Source: an uncultured Bacteroidales bacterium (lineage in GTDB: Bacteria; Bacteroidota; Bacteroidia; Bacteroidales; UBA932). From it: a stretch of 64,000 nt of DNA. Below are positions 10,046 to 18,642 of the stretch, one piece after another. The notes under the pieces are model-generated. The model searched no databases and was not told where the DNA came from. It saw only the letters and a program-made list of their open reading frames with translations. Positions within the stretch are counted from its first letter, which is position 1; each line of letters begins with the position of its first letter. The DNA lies in the NCBI GenBank assembly GCA_944326245.1, contig CALVDF010000013.1:2713-66712 (forward strand), written 5' to 3'. The position numbers and the translations under genes were made by a program.

Positions 10046-11542
10046 ATGATACAGTTTGATATAGACCCCCTTAAGCATTCCTTCGAAGAAGTGAGGAATC
10101 TGCTGGACCCTGAGTGCCGTCTGCATCTGGGCGAAGCTTCGCGCAAAAGAATTGAAAAATGCCGCAATTATCTGGACGAGCGCATGAAGAACCAGAAGGC
10201 ACCGATATATGGAGTGACTACCGGTTTCGGTTCGCTTTGCAATGTATCTGTGGACAAGGATCAGCTGTCGCAGCTCCAGAAGAACCTTGTAATGTCCCAT
10301 TCGTGCGGAGTCGGAGAGGAAGTACGCCCCGAGATTGTACGCCTGATGCTGGCCCTTAAGGTAAAATCCCTGTCTTACGGTTATTCCGGCGTTAGAGTCG
10401 AGACGGTCGAGAGGCTTGTGGATTTCTTCAATGAAGGAGTTGTTCCTGTAGTATACCAGCAGGGATCCCTTGGAGCTTCAGGCGACCTGGCCCCGCTGGC
10501 CAACATGTGCCTGCCTCTGCTTGGTCTGGGAGAGTTTGACTACAAGGGCAAGCGGTATCCCGGTTCGGAACTGGAGAAGATGTTCGGATGGAAGCCTCTT
10601 ACACTGGCCTCAAAGGAAGGTCTGGCCCTTCTCAACGGTACCCAGTTCATGCTGGCCCACGCAGTATGGTGCCTGGTTCATGCCAGACATATCTCTGCCG
10701 TCGCTGACAAGATAGCCACAATGTCCCTCGAAGCTTTCAACGGACGTAAGGAGCCGTTTACCCCCGGTGTCCATGCCGTACGTCCCCATAAGGGACAGAT
10801 GGAGACTGCCCGCGTGATCCTCGGCTACCTGCAGGGCAGCCAGCTTATAGACGGCCCCGGCAAGGAGGTGCAGGACCCTTATTCGTTCCGCTGCGTACCT
10901 CAGGTGCACGGAGCATCCAAAGACGCGATAGACTATGTGGCAGGAGTCTTCATGACAGAGGTCAACAGCGCCACTGACAATCCTACTGTACTTCCCGATG
11001 AGGATCAGGTGATATCGGCCGGCAATTTCCACGGTCAGCCCCTGTCCATCACTCTGGATTTCCTGGCTATAGCTCTTGCTGAACTGGGCTCCATATCAGA
11101 GCGCAGGACCTACCAGCTCATATCCGGAAAGAGGGGACTGCCTTCATTCCTGGTTGCCAAGTCCGGTCTCAATTCAGGGTTCATGATTCCACAGTATGCG
11201 GCAGCTTCCATCGTCAGCCAGAACAAGCAGCTGTGTACTCCTTGTGTTGTAGATACCATCGACTCTTCTCAGGGACAGGAAGACCACGTCAGCATGGGTG
11301 CCAACGCTGCGACCAAATGCGTCAGAGTGGTGGAGAATGTAGAGAAGATACTGGGTATCGAGATGTTCAATTCGGCGCAGGCCCTGGAATTCAGGCATAA
11401 GGCAGGTGCCGGAAAATCTTCTGCGGCGATAGAGAAATTTTTCGAGGACTTCCGTCGTGAAGTGCCTTTCGTCGAAGAAGACACCGTGATGTATACCAAT
11501 ATCCGCAAGTCGATTGATTTTATAAGGAATACAGAAATCTAG
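10046..11542 (+). CDS. hutH: histidine ammonia-lyase
   Basis: GSLGASGDLAPL (the MIO-forming ASG motif) is present. The ORF-track start at 10013 is a TTG; I use the in-frame ATG at 10046. Confidence 0.95.
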   Translation: MIQFDIDPLKHSFEEVRNLLDPECRLHLGEASRKRIEKCRNYLDERMKNQKAPIYGVTTGFGSLCNVSVDKDQLSQLQKNLVMSHSCGVGEEVRPEIVRLMLALKVKSLSYGYSGVRVETVERLVDFFNEGVVPVVYQQGSLGASGDLAPLANMCLPLLGLGEFDYKGKRYPGSELEKMFGWKPLTLASKEGLALLNGTQFMLAHAVWCLVHARHISAVADKIATMSLEAFNGRKEPFTPGVHAVRPHKGQMETARVILGYLQGSQLIDGPGKEVQDPYSFRCVPQVHGASKDAIDYVAGVFMTEVNSATDNPTVLPDEDQVISAGNFHGQPLSITLDFLAIALAELGSISERRTYQLISGKRGLPSFLVAKSGLNSGFMIPQYAAASIVSQNKQLCTPCVVDTIDSSQGQEDHVSMGANAATKCVRVVENVEKILGIEMFNSAQALEFRHKAGAGKSSAAIEKFFEDFRREVPFVEEDTVMYTNIRKSIDFIRNTEI

Positions 11543-11545
11543 AAA

Positions 11546-12805
11546 ATGTCCCTTTTTATAAAAAATATCAAAAAGCTTGTCAATGTAAGGCAGCGGCAGC
11601 CGGAGTCCCCTCTTGGAGGGCAGGATATGCTGTCCCTGCCTTGCATGGAAGGGGCCTGGCTGAAGACAGAGGGGGACCGTATCGCCGGCTTCGGCCTTAT
11701 GAAGGATCTTGATGCCGGGGAGCTGGAGGCTATGGAGCTGAGTGCGGATGAAGTGGTGGATGCAGACGGCAGGATGGTGTTCCCGTCGTATTGCGATTCC
11801 CATACCCATCTGGTCTATGCCGGGAGCAGGGAGATGGAGTTCATGGACAAGCTGCGCGGGCTCTCCTATCAGGAAATAGCCCGTCGCGGCGGCGGTATCC
11901 TCAATTCAGTGGAGCTGCTGCACAATACTTCCGAAGATGAACTGTTGCGCCAGACACTGGAAAGGGCATGGGAGATAATATCCCTCGGAACAGGGGCCGT
12001 GGAGATCAAGAGCGGTTACGGACTCACGGTAGAGGACGAGATAAAGATGCTCAGGGTTGCGCGCCGGGTGGGGGAGGAGACTCCTTTGAAGGTGCGTACC
12101 ACTTTCCTGGGTGCCCATGCGGTGCCGGCCCGCTACAAGGGCGACCGCACCGGTTATGTGGATGAAATAGTACGGGATATGATACCCGCAGTAGCTGCGG
12201 AAGGCCTTGCGGACTATGTGGATATATTTGTGGAGGAAGGATTTTTCAGTGTAGAGGACGCATGCCGGATTTTCGGGGAGGCCGTGAAGTACGGCATGGT
12301 TCCTAAAGTACATGCAAACCAGATGAGTTTTTCCGGAGGTGTGCAGGTCGGAGTGCGATACGGAGCCGCTTCCGTCGACCATCTGGAATTTACCGGACCG
12401 GAAGAGTTCAAGGTGCTTCAGGGCAGCGGAGCGATAGCAACCCTTCTGCCGGGTGCGACATTTTTCCTGGATATGGATTATCCCGAAGCCAAGGAGATGC
12501 TCGAATACAACCTGCCGCTGGCAATTGCTTCCAACTACAATCCGGGGTCCTGCCCTTCAGGGGACATGAAGTTCATGATGGCGCTGGCCATGATAAAGAT
12601 GCGCCTTACTCCCGAGACAGTGCTCAATGCCGCTACGGTCAACGGTGCGTTTGCAATGGGCGTGGCCGGAGACTACGGCTGCATAGCTACTGGCAAGAAG
12701 GCCTCTCTGTTCATTACCAAGCGGATACCCTCCTACGAGTTCGTCCCCTACAGCTTTACTTCGCAGCTTATTGATACCATAATATTAAACGGCAAGCAAT
12801 ATTGA
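11546..12805 (+). CDS. hutI: imidazolonepropionase
   Basis: 419 aa, amidohydrolase fold with CDSHTHLVYAG metal-binding motif. It is adjacent to hutH. Confidence 0.93.
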   Translation: MSLFIKNIKKLVNVRQRQPESPLGGQDMLSLPCMEGAWLKTEGDRIAGFGLMKDLDAGELEAMELSADEVVDADGRMVFPSYCDSHTHLVYAGSREMEFMDKLRGLSYQEIARRGGGILNSVELLHNTSEDELLRQTLERAWEIISLGTGAVEIKSGYGLTVEDEIKMLRVARRVGEETPLKVRTTFLGAHAVPARYKGDRTGYVDEIVRDMIPAVAAEGLADYVDIFVEEGFFSVEDACRIFGEAVKYGMVPKVHANQMSFSGGVQVGVRYGAASVDHLEFTGPEEFKVLQGSGAIATLLPGATFFLDMDYPEAKEMLEYNLPLAIASNYNPGSCPSGDMKFMMALAMIKMRLTPETVLNAATVNGAFAMGVAGDYGCIATGKKASLFITKRIPSYEFVPYSFTSQLIDTIILNGKQY

Positions 12806-12831
12806 TTACAAAACACTAATATCAGATTTAC

Positions 12832-14532
12832 ATGACACGAAAACTTATTGAATGCGTCCCCAATTTCAGCGAGGGACGTGATATGCAGATTATCAAACAG
12901 ATTACCGATGCAGCCGAGAGCGTTGAAGGGGTAAGGCTCCTTGACGTGGATCCGGGTGCGGCGACCAACCGTACAGTGGTCACCTTTGTCGGAGAGCCGG
13001 AAAAAGTGATGGAAGCGGCTTTCCGCGCTGTCAAGAAGGCCTCCGAGCTGATCGACATGCGCCATCATCACGGCGAACATCCCCGTATGGGAGCCACAGA
13101 CGTGTGCCCTCTCGTCCCCATTGCAGGAGTGACTATGGAGGAGTGCGTGGAGTATGCCCGTACCTTGGCCAAGAGAATCGGTGAGGAACTGGGTATCCCT
13201 GTGTTCTGTTATGAAAGTGCTGCATATGTCCCTGAACGCAGGAATCTGGCTGTATGCCGCAAAGGTGAATACGAAGGTCTGGCGAAGAGGCTTGAAGATG
13301 GTGAGAAGCCTGATTTCGGACCTGCCGTCATCGATGACTATACTGCCCGTACAGGTGCAACGGCTGTAGGTGCCAGGGATTTCCTCGTGGCCATCAACTA
13401 CAATCTCAACACCACGTCAACCCGCCGTGCCAATTCTGTGGCCTTCGACGTCCGTGAAAAAGGACGCAAGAAGAGAGAGGGTGATCCCATCACCGGCAAG
13501 GTGGTCAAGGATGCCGAAGGCAATGTGGTCTGGGTTCCCGGTACTTTGAAGGGCTGCAAGGCTATAGGCTGGTTTATAGAAGAATACGGTATAGCCCAGG
13601 TATCCATGAATGTGACCAATATCAACGTTACGCCTGTGCATGTGGCTTTCGACGAGGTGTGCGATAAGGCTCATGCCCGCGGGCTGAGGGTAACAGGTTC
13701 CGAGATAGTCGGACTGATACCGAAGAAGGTGCTGATAGATGCCGGAAAATATTTCCTGGCAAAGCAGAACCGTTCCTGCGGTATCCCTGAAGAGGATATC
13801 GTGAAGATAGCGGTCAAATCAATGGGACTGGATGATCTCAAACCTTTCAACCCCCGCGAAAAAGTCATTGAATACATCCTCGAAGACAGCGACAGGACTC
13901 CCAAGCTCGTGGACCTTACAGTACGCGGTTTTGCGGAAGAGACTTCCCGTGAGTCTCCGGCTCCCGGCGGCGGATCGATTTCTGCATACATGGGGTCGCT
14001 CGGAGCGGCTCTCGGAGCCATGGTCGCCAACCTTTCGTCCCACAAGAGGGGCTGGGATGACCAGTGCCCCAAATTCTCCGTATGGGCAGAGAAGGGACAG
14101 GATCTGATGTACGAACTGCTTCATCTGGTAGATGAGGATACGGCTGCATTCAACCGTATCATGGATGCGATGTCCATGCCCAAGAAGACGGACGAGGAGA
14201 AAGCGGCCCGTGCAGCTGCCATGCAGGATGCAACCCTCTATGCTACCGAGGTGCCTCTCAGGACGATGAAGGCATCCTTCAAGGTCTTTGAACTGGTGGA
14301 GGCAATGGCTTCCGAGGGCAATCCCAACTCGGTCTCCGATGCAGGTGTAGGTGCCCTTGCGGCCCGTTCGGCAGTCCTGGGTGCTTTCCTCAATGTGAAG
14401 ATCAATGCTTCAGGCCTGAAGGACCGCGAAAAGGCTGACGCTCTGGTGGCGGAAGCAGCAAAGATAGCTGAAGAGGCTGTAAGGCAGGAATCCAGGGTTC
14501 TTGCAATAGTGGATTCCAAGATCGGTCAGTAG
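12832..14532 (+). CDS. ftcD: bifunctional glutamate formimidoyltransferase / formimidoyl-THF cyclodeaminase
   Basis: 566 aa. The N-terminal LIECVPNFSEGRD is typical of formiminotransferases. The helical C-terminal domain (PAPGGGSISA) is typical of the cyclodeaminase. Confidence 0.9.
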   Translation: MTRKLIECVPNFSEGRDMQIIKQITDAAESVEGVRLLDVDPGAATNRTVVTFVGEPEKVMEAAFRAVKKASELIDMRHHHGEHPRMGATDVCPLVPIAGVTMEECVEYARTLAKRIGEELGIPVFCYESAAYVPERRNLAVCRKGEYEGLAKRLEDGEKPDFGPAVIDDYTARTGATAVGARDFLVAINYNLNTTSTRRANSVAFDVREKGRKKREGDPITGKVVKDAEGNVVWVPGTLKGCKAIGWFIEEYGIAQVSMNVTNINVTPVHVAFDEVCDKAHARGLRVTGSEIVGLIPKKVLIDAGKYFLAKQNRSCGIPEEDIVKIAVKSMGLDDLKPFNPREKVIEYILEDSDRTPKLVDLTVRGFAEETSRESPAPGGGSISAYMGSLGAALGAMVANLSSHKRGWDDQCPKFSVWAEKGQDLMYELLHLVDEDTAAFNRIMDAMSMPKKTDEEKAARAAAMQDATLYATEVPLRTMKASFKVFELVEAMASEGNPNSVSDAGVGALAARSAVLGAFLNVKINASGLKDREKADALVAEAAKIAEEAVRQESRVLAIVDSKIGQ

Positions 14533-14537
14533 AATAT

Positions 14538-14576
14538 CCGGTGTGCCCTTAGGGGGTACACCGGTGTTTGTTTTTT
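14538..14576 (+). terminator. rho-independent terminator after ftcD
   Basis: CCGGTGTGCCC-TTAG-GGGGTACACCGG followed by TGTTTGTTTTTT. Confidence 0.7.
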
Positions 14577-14589
14577 ACTGCAAAATGTA

Positions 14590-14597
14590 TATTTTTG
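14590..14597 (+). promoter_or_regulatory. -7 promoter box TATTTTTG for the fab operon
   Basis: TAnnTTTG match 39 nt upstream of the fabH ATG. Confidence 0.55.
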
Positions 14598-14635
14598 CAC
14601 GATTATAGACAAACCAAAGTGACAATTAGAAGAAT

Positions 14636-15589
14636 ATGAGAATCATTGGAACTGGCAGTGCGCGTCCGTCCCTGGTAGTGACGAATGCGATGTTGGAAAA
14701 CTTTCTGGACACTAGCGATGAGTGGATTGTAACCCGTACCGGGATCCATGAGAGGCGTGTGATATCATCCGAAAGGCTGGAGGACCTGGCCGCAACTGCA
14801 TGCCGCAATGCGATGGAGAATGCCGGTGTGACGCCTGACCAGATAGACTACATCATCTGCTCCAACGTGGTCAATGAATATGTTACACCTGGTCTCGGCT
14901 GTGTGATACAGGGAATGATAGGAGCGACATGCCCGACTATGGATATCAACTGTGCATGCACAGGCTTCATATATGCGCTCGATGTAGCCGAGGCATTTCT
15001 GGCCACAAAGGACATCAGGAATATTCTTATAATATGTGCCGAGGAGCCTACGAGGATGATGAACTGGAAAGACCGTTCGTCATGCATCCTGTTCGGTGAT
15101 GCAGCAGGTGCGGTAGTGGCAACCAAGGGGGATGACCTCAAGGCCATCCGCGTATCCACCCATTGCAAGGTTGAGGCCCTGTACCAGAAAAGGAAGCTTC
15201 AGCCGACCCCGTTTGTCCGCAAGGAAGAAGAGGACGGTGGTGTGGTGATGAACGGACAGGATGTGTTCAAGCTTGCCGTGTCATCTTCCATCAAGGATAT
15301 AGACAAAGTCCTTACCATGGCCGGCATTACACCGGACGATATCAGCCTGTACCTCCTTCATCAGGCCAACGTCCGCATCATAGAGGCCATACAGCATTTC
15401 GTGCAGCAGGACAAGAGCAAGTTCCCTGTCAATCTCAGCAAGTACGGCAATACATCCTCTGCCTCGATTCCGGCGCTTATGGACGATCTTAATCGCGGCA
15501 ATCAGTTAAAAACAGGAGAATTACTGTTGCTAAGTGCCTTCGGGGCAGGTTTCACTACCGGGGCATGTGTTCTCCGTTGGTCAAAATAA
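14636..15589 (+). CDS. fabH: beta-ketoacyl-ACP synthase III
   Basis: 317 aa. It has the NCACTGF active-site Cys, HQAN and GNTSSASIP motifs. Confidence 0.9.
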   Translation: MRIIGTGSARPSLVVTNAMLENFLDTSDEWIVTRTGIHERRVISSERLEDLAATACRNAMENAGVTPDQIDYIICSNVVNEYVTPGLGCVIQGMIGATCPTMDINCACTGFIYALDVAEAFLATKDIRNILIICAEEPTRMMNWKDRSSCILFGDAAGAVVATKGDDLKAIRVSTHCKVEALYQKRKLQPTPFVRKEEEDGGVVMNGQDVFKLAVSSSIKDIDKVLTMAGITPDDISLYLLHQANVRIIEAIQHFVQQDKSKFPVNLSKYGNTSSASIPALMDDLNRGNQLKTGELLLLSAFGAGFTTGACVLRWSK

Positions 15590-15600
15590 AACAAAACGAT

Positions 15601-16866
15601 ATGGAAAAAAGAGTAGTAGTGACAGGACTTGGAGTAGTCTCCCCTGTCGGTAACAATGTAGAGACATTCTGGAAGAACATCGTGGACGGAGTCTGCGGTA
15701 TAGATTTTATCAAACAGGTTCCTACCGACGGTCTTTCCGTCAAGATAGCCGGTGAGGTCAAGGACTTCAGGCCTGCCGATTACGGAATAGAGCCGAAAGC
15801 CGCCAGAAAGTTCGACCGTTTCTGCCTTTTTGCCCTTGCAGCGGCCAATCAGGCAGTGGCCATGAGCGGACTCAAAGTCACTGACGACGAGGAGGACAAT
15901 ACTCCAGGATACGTTCATTCGGACCGTTTCGGAGTCTATATCGGATCAGGAATAGGCGGAATGCATTCTTTCGTCAACGAGACTGCCAAGATGCTGAAGG
16001 ACGGCCCGCAGTGGATATCCCCTCTGTTTATTCCTACAATGATCGCCAATATCGCGGCAGGAAACGTGGCCATAGCCCACAATGCCCGCGGCGTATGCCT
16101 TCCTATAGTGACGGCCTGTGCGACAGGTACCCACTCGATCGGTGAGGCCTACAGGGCCATCAAGTTCGGCTATGCCGATGCCATCATCGCCGGCGGTACC
16201 GAAGCTGCCATCAATCCTCTGGCAATAGGCGGTTTCTCCAACAGCAAGGCTCTTTCCCCGGCATCCGATCCCATGGAGGCTTCACTTCCGTTCGATGCCC
16301 GTCGTCAGGGTTTCGTAATAGCGGAAGGAGCCGGTGTGGTCATTCTGGAAGAATACGAACACGCAATGGCCCGCGGAGCCAGGATATATGCAGAGATATG
16401 CGGCTATGGCAATACCTGCGACGCATATCACTATACTGCACCGCGTCCGGACGGATCGGTACCGGCAAAAGCATTCAGACAGGCTCTGACGGAAGCTCAT
16501 TACTCCACCTCCGACCTGCTGCACATCAATACACACGGTACCGGCACCCCTCTGAACGACAAGTCGGAAACAGCTGCCATCAAGTTGGCTCTGGGCGATA
16601 CTGAAGCCAGAAGGGCAATCCTTTGCTCCACAAAGTCCATGACCGGACACGCTCTCGGCGCTGCCGGCGGCATCGAGGCAGTAGCGGCTGTACTTGCGTT
16701 GAAGAACGGCATAGTGCCTCCTACCATCCATTACAAGGAGCCGGATCCCGAGTGCGATCTGGATGTCAATCCCAATCATGCCCGTGAAGCCAAGCTGACG
16801 ATCGCTCTGTCGTCGTCCCTGGGTTTCGGCGGCCACAATGCTGTACTCGCTTTCAGGCTGGTCTGA
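15601..16866 (+). CDS. fabF: beta-ketoacyl-ACP synthase II
   Basis: Start set at MEKRVVVTGLGVVSPVG. It has the ACATGTHSIG active-site Cys, the HGTGT and KSMTGH His residues, and a GFGGHN tail. Confidence 0.95.
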   Translation: MEKRVVVTGLGVVSPVGNNVETFWKNIVDGVCGIDFIKQVPTDGLSVKIAGEVKDFRPADYGIEPKAARKFDRFCLFALAAANQAVAMSGLKVTDDEEDNTPGYVHSDRFGVYIGSGIGGMHSFVNETAKMLKDGPQWISPLFIPTMIANIAAGNVAIAHNARGVCLPIVTACATGTHSIGEAYRAIKFGYADAIIAGGTEAAINPLAIGGFSNSKALSPASDPMEASLPFDARRQGFVIAEGAGVVILEEYEHAMARGARIYAEICGYGNTCDAYHYTAPRPDGSVPAKAFRQALTEAHYSTSDLLHINTHGTGTPLNDKSETAAIKLALGDTEARRAILCSTKSMTGHALGAAGGIEAVAAVLALKNGIVPPTIHYKEPDPECDLDVNPNHAREAKLTIALSSSLGFGGHNAVLAFRLV

Positions 16867-16892
16867 AATGTACTAACTAAACTATAATATTT

Positions 16893-17324
16893 ATGGATAG
16901 AGAAGAAATCAAGAAATTCCTGCGTCACCGTGAGCCCATGCTGCTCGTGGACGAGATGGAACTTCAGAATGACGGTACGGAGTGTATCGGCAAGTATCAT
17001 GTCAGAGGGGATGAATTCTTCCTGCAGGGCCATTTCCCCGGCTATCCTGTGGTCCCTGGTGTCATTCTATGTGAGATCATGGGGCAGTGCAGTTCGCTGC
17101 TCATAAAGGATTACCTGGTAGGGCACACGACCCTCTTCACAGGTATCGACAAGACCCGTTTCAAGCGTCAGGTACATCCCGGTGACACTGTAGAGGTGCA
17201 TGCCCGCATTACCAACCACAGGGCTATGCTTTTCTTCATTGAGGCCAAGGCTTTTGTTGACGGCGAGCTGTGCGTCGAGGCCAGCCTCTCGTTTGCAGTT
17301 ATTCCTAACGATAAAGTAAAATAA
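16893..17324 (+). CDS. fabZ: 3-hydroxyacyl-ACP dehydratase (stand-alone FabZ type)
   Basis: 143 aa hotdog fold with the LQGHFPGYPVVPGVILCE motif. Confidence 0.85.
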   Translation: MDREEIKKFLRHREPMLLVDEMELQNDGTECIGKYHVRGDEFFLQGHFPGYPVVPGVILCEIMGQCSSLLIKDYLVGHTTLFTGIDKTRFKRQVHPGDTVEVHARITNHRAMLFFIEAKAFVDGELCVEASLSFAVIPNDKVK

Positions 17325-17329
17325 AGACT

Positions 17330-18079
17330 ATGTTAGAAGGATTATTACAAGGAAAGGTAGCTCTGATTACAGGAGCTGCCCGCGGTATCGGCAAAGCCAT
17401 AGCCATGAAGCTGGCTTCGGCCGGAGCGAATATCGCCTTTACCGACCTCAAGGAGGATGACAATTTCAGGAACACTGTAGCCGAGATTTCCGCCCTTGGT
17501 GTGGAATGTCGTGGCTATGCATCGAATGCTGCCGATTTTGCGGAGGCTCATGCTACCGTAGAGCAGATCCACAAGGATTTCGGACATATCGACATTCTGG
17601 TCAACAATGCCGGAATTACCCGTGACGGTCTTATGATGAGGATGTCAGAGCAGCAGTGGGACAGTGTCATCACTGTCAACCTCAAGAGTGCGTTCAACTT
17701 TACCCATGCCCTGACTCCCATAATGGCGCGTCAGAGAGGTGGCAGCATCATCAACATCTCTTCAGTTGTCGGTGTGAACGGCAATGCCGGTCAGTGCAAC
17801 TATTCGGCATCCAAGGCCGGTCTTATCGGACTTGCCAAGTCGATTGCCAAGGAAATGGGTTCCCGCGGCATCCGTGCCAATGCGATAGCACCGGGCTTTA
17901 TCATCACGGACATGACCAATGCCCTGCCGCAGGAGGTACGTGACGAGTGGAACAAGAAGATACCTCTCCGTCGTGGCGGTACTCCCGAGGATATAGCCAA
18001 TGTGGCCCTGTTCCTCGCATCGGATCTGTCTTCGTATGTGACAGGTCAGGTAATCATCTGTGACGGAGGTATGCTGTAG
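17330..18079 (+). CDS. fabG: 3-oxoacyl-ACP reductase
   Basis: 249 aa SDR with TGAARGIGKA, NNAG and YSASKAG motifs. Confidence 0.93.
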   Translation: MLEGLLQGKVALITGAARGIGKAIAMKLASAGANIAFTDLKEDDNFRNTVAEISALGVECRGYASNAADFAEAHATVEQIHKDFGHIDILVNNAGITRDGLMMRMSEQQWDSVITVNLKSAFNFTHALTPIMARQRGGSIINISSVVGVNGNAGQCNYSASKAGLIGLAKSIAKEMGSRGIRANAIAPGFIITDMTNALPQEVRDEWNKKIPLRRGGTPEDIANVALFLASDLSSYVTGQVIICDGGML

Positions 18080-18104
18080 GGTTTTCCTTGCGTTACGGTG
18101 AAAA

Positions 18105-18144
18105 AGAAAAGAGGGGCGACTGAAAACGGTCGTTCCTCTTTTCT
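18105..18144. terminator. bidirectional hairpin terminator between fabG (+) and smpB (-)
   Basis: GAAAAGAGGGGCGAC-TGAAAAC-GGTCGTTCCTCTTTTC, with T/A runs on both sides. Confidence 0.7.
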
Positions 18145-18168
18145 TTTCTCTTTCGGTCCTGGTCCGGT

Positions 18169-18615
18169 TTATTCCGGGGAATATCTTCTGAGATCTTTCT
18201 CCTTTATGGACTGGCGTTTGTCGTATTCCTTCTTGCCCCGTGCCAGGGCGATGTCCAGTTTGGCATAGCCGCTTTCGGCTATGAACAGGCGTCTGGTCAC
18301 GATGGTCAGTCCTTTCTCCTTGACGGAGCGGGCCAGTTTCCGGAGCTCGCGGCGGTTGAGCAGCAACTTTCTGTCGCGTTTCGGATCATGGCGGTTGAAG
18401 GTGCCCCACCAGTATTCGGCGATATGCATGTTCTTGACGTAGAGCTCTCCGCCGGAGAAGTAGCAGTAGCTGTCGACCAGAGATGCCTTGCCGGCACGGA
18501 TGGATTTTATCTCCGTGCCGGTAAGGACTATTCCTGCCGTATAGTTCTCAAGAAACTCGTATTCGAACGAGGCTTTCTTGTTGCGGATTTCTATTTTGCT
18601 CTTTGCTTTTGCCAT
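18169..18615 (-). CDS. smpB: SsrA-binding protein
   Basis: 148 aa. [10 protein letters not shown]...GTEIKSIR...[11 protein letters not shown] is typical of SmpB. Confidence 0.95.
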   Translation of the reverse strand: MAKAKSKIEIRNKKASFEYEFLENYTAGIVLTGTEIKSIRAGKASLVDSYCYFSGGELYVKNMHIAEYWWGTFNRHDPKRDRKLLLNRRELRKLARSVKEKGLTIVTRRLFIAESGYAKLDIALARGKKEYDKRQSIKEKDLRRYSPE

Positions 18616-18642
18616 AGGGGCGGCAAAGATACGAAATAATTC

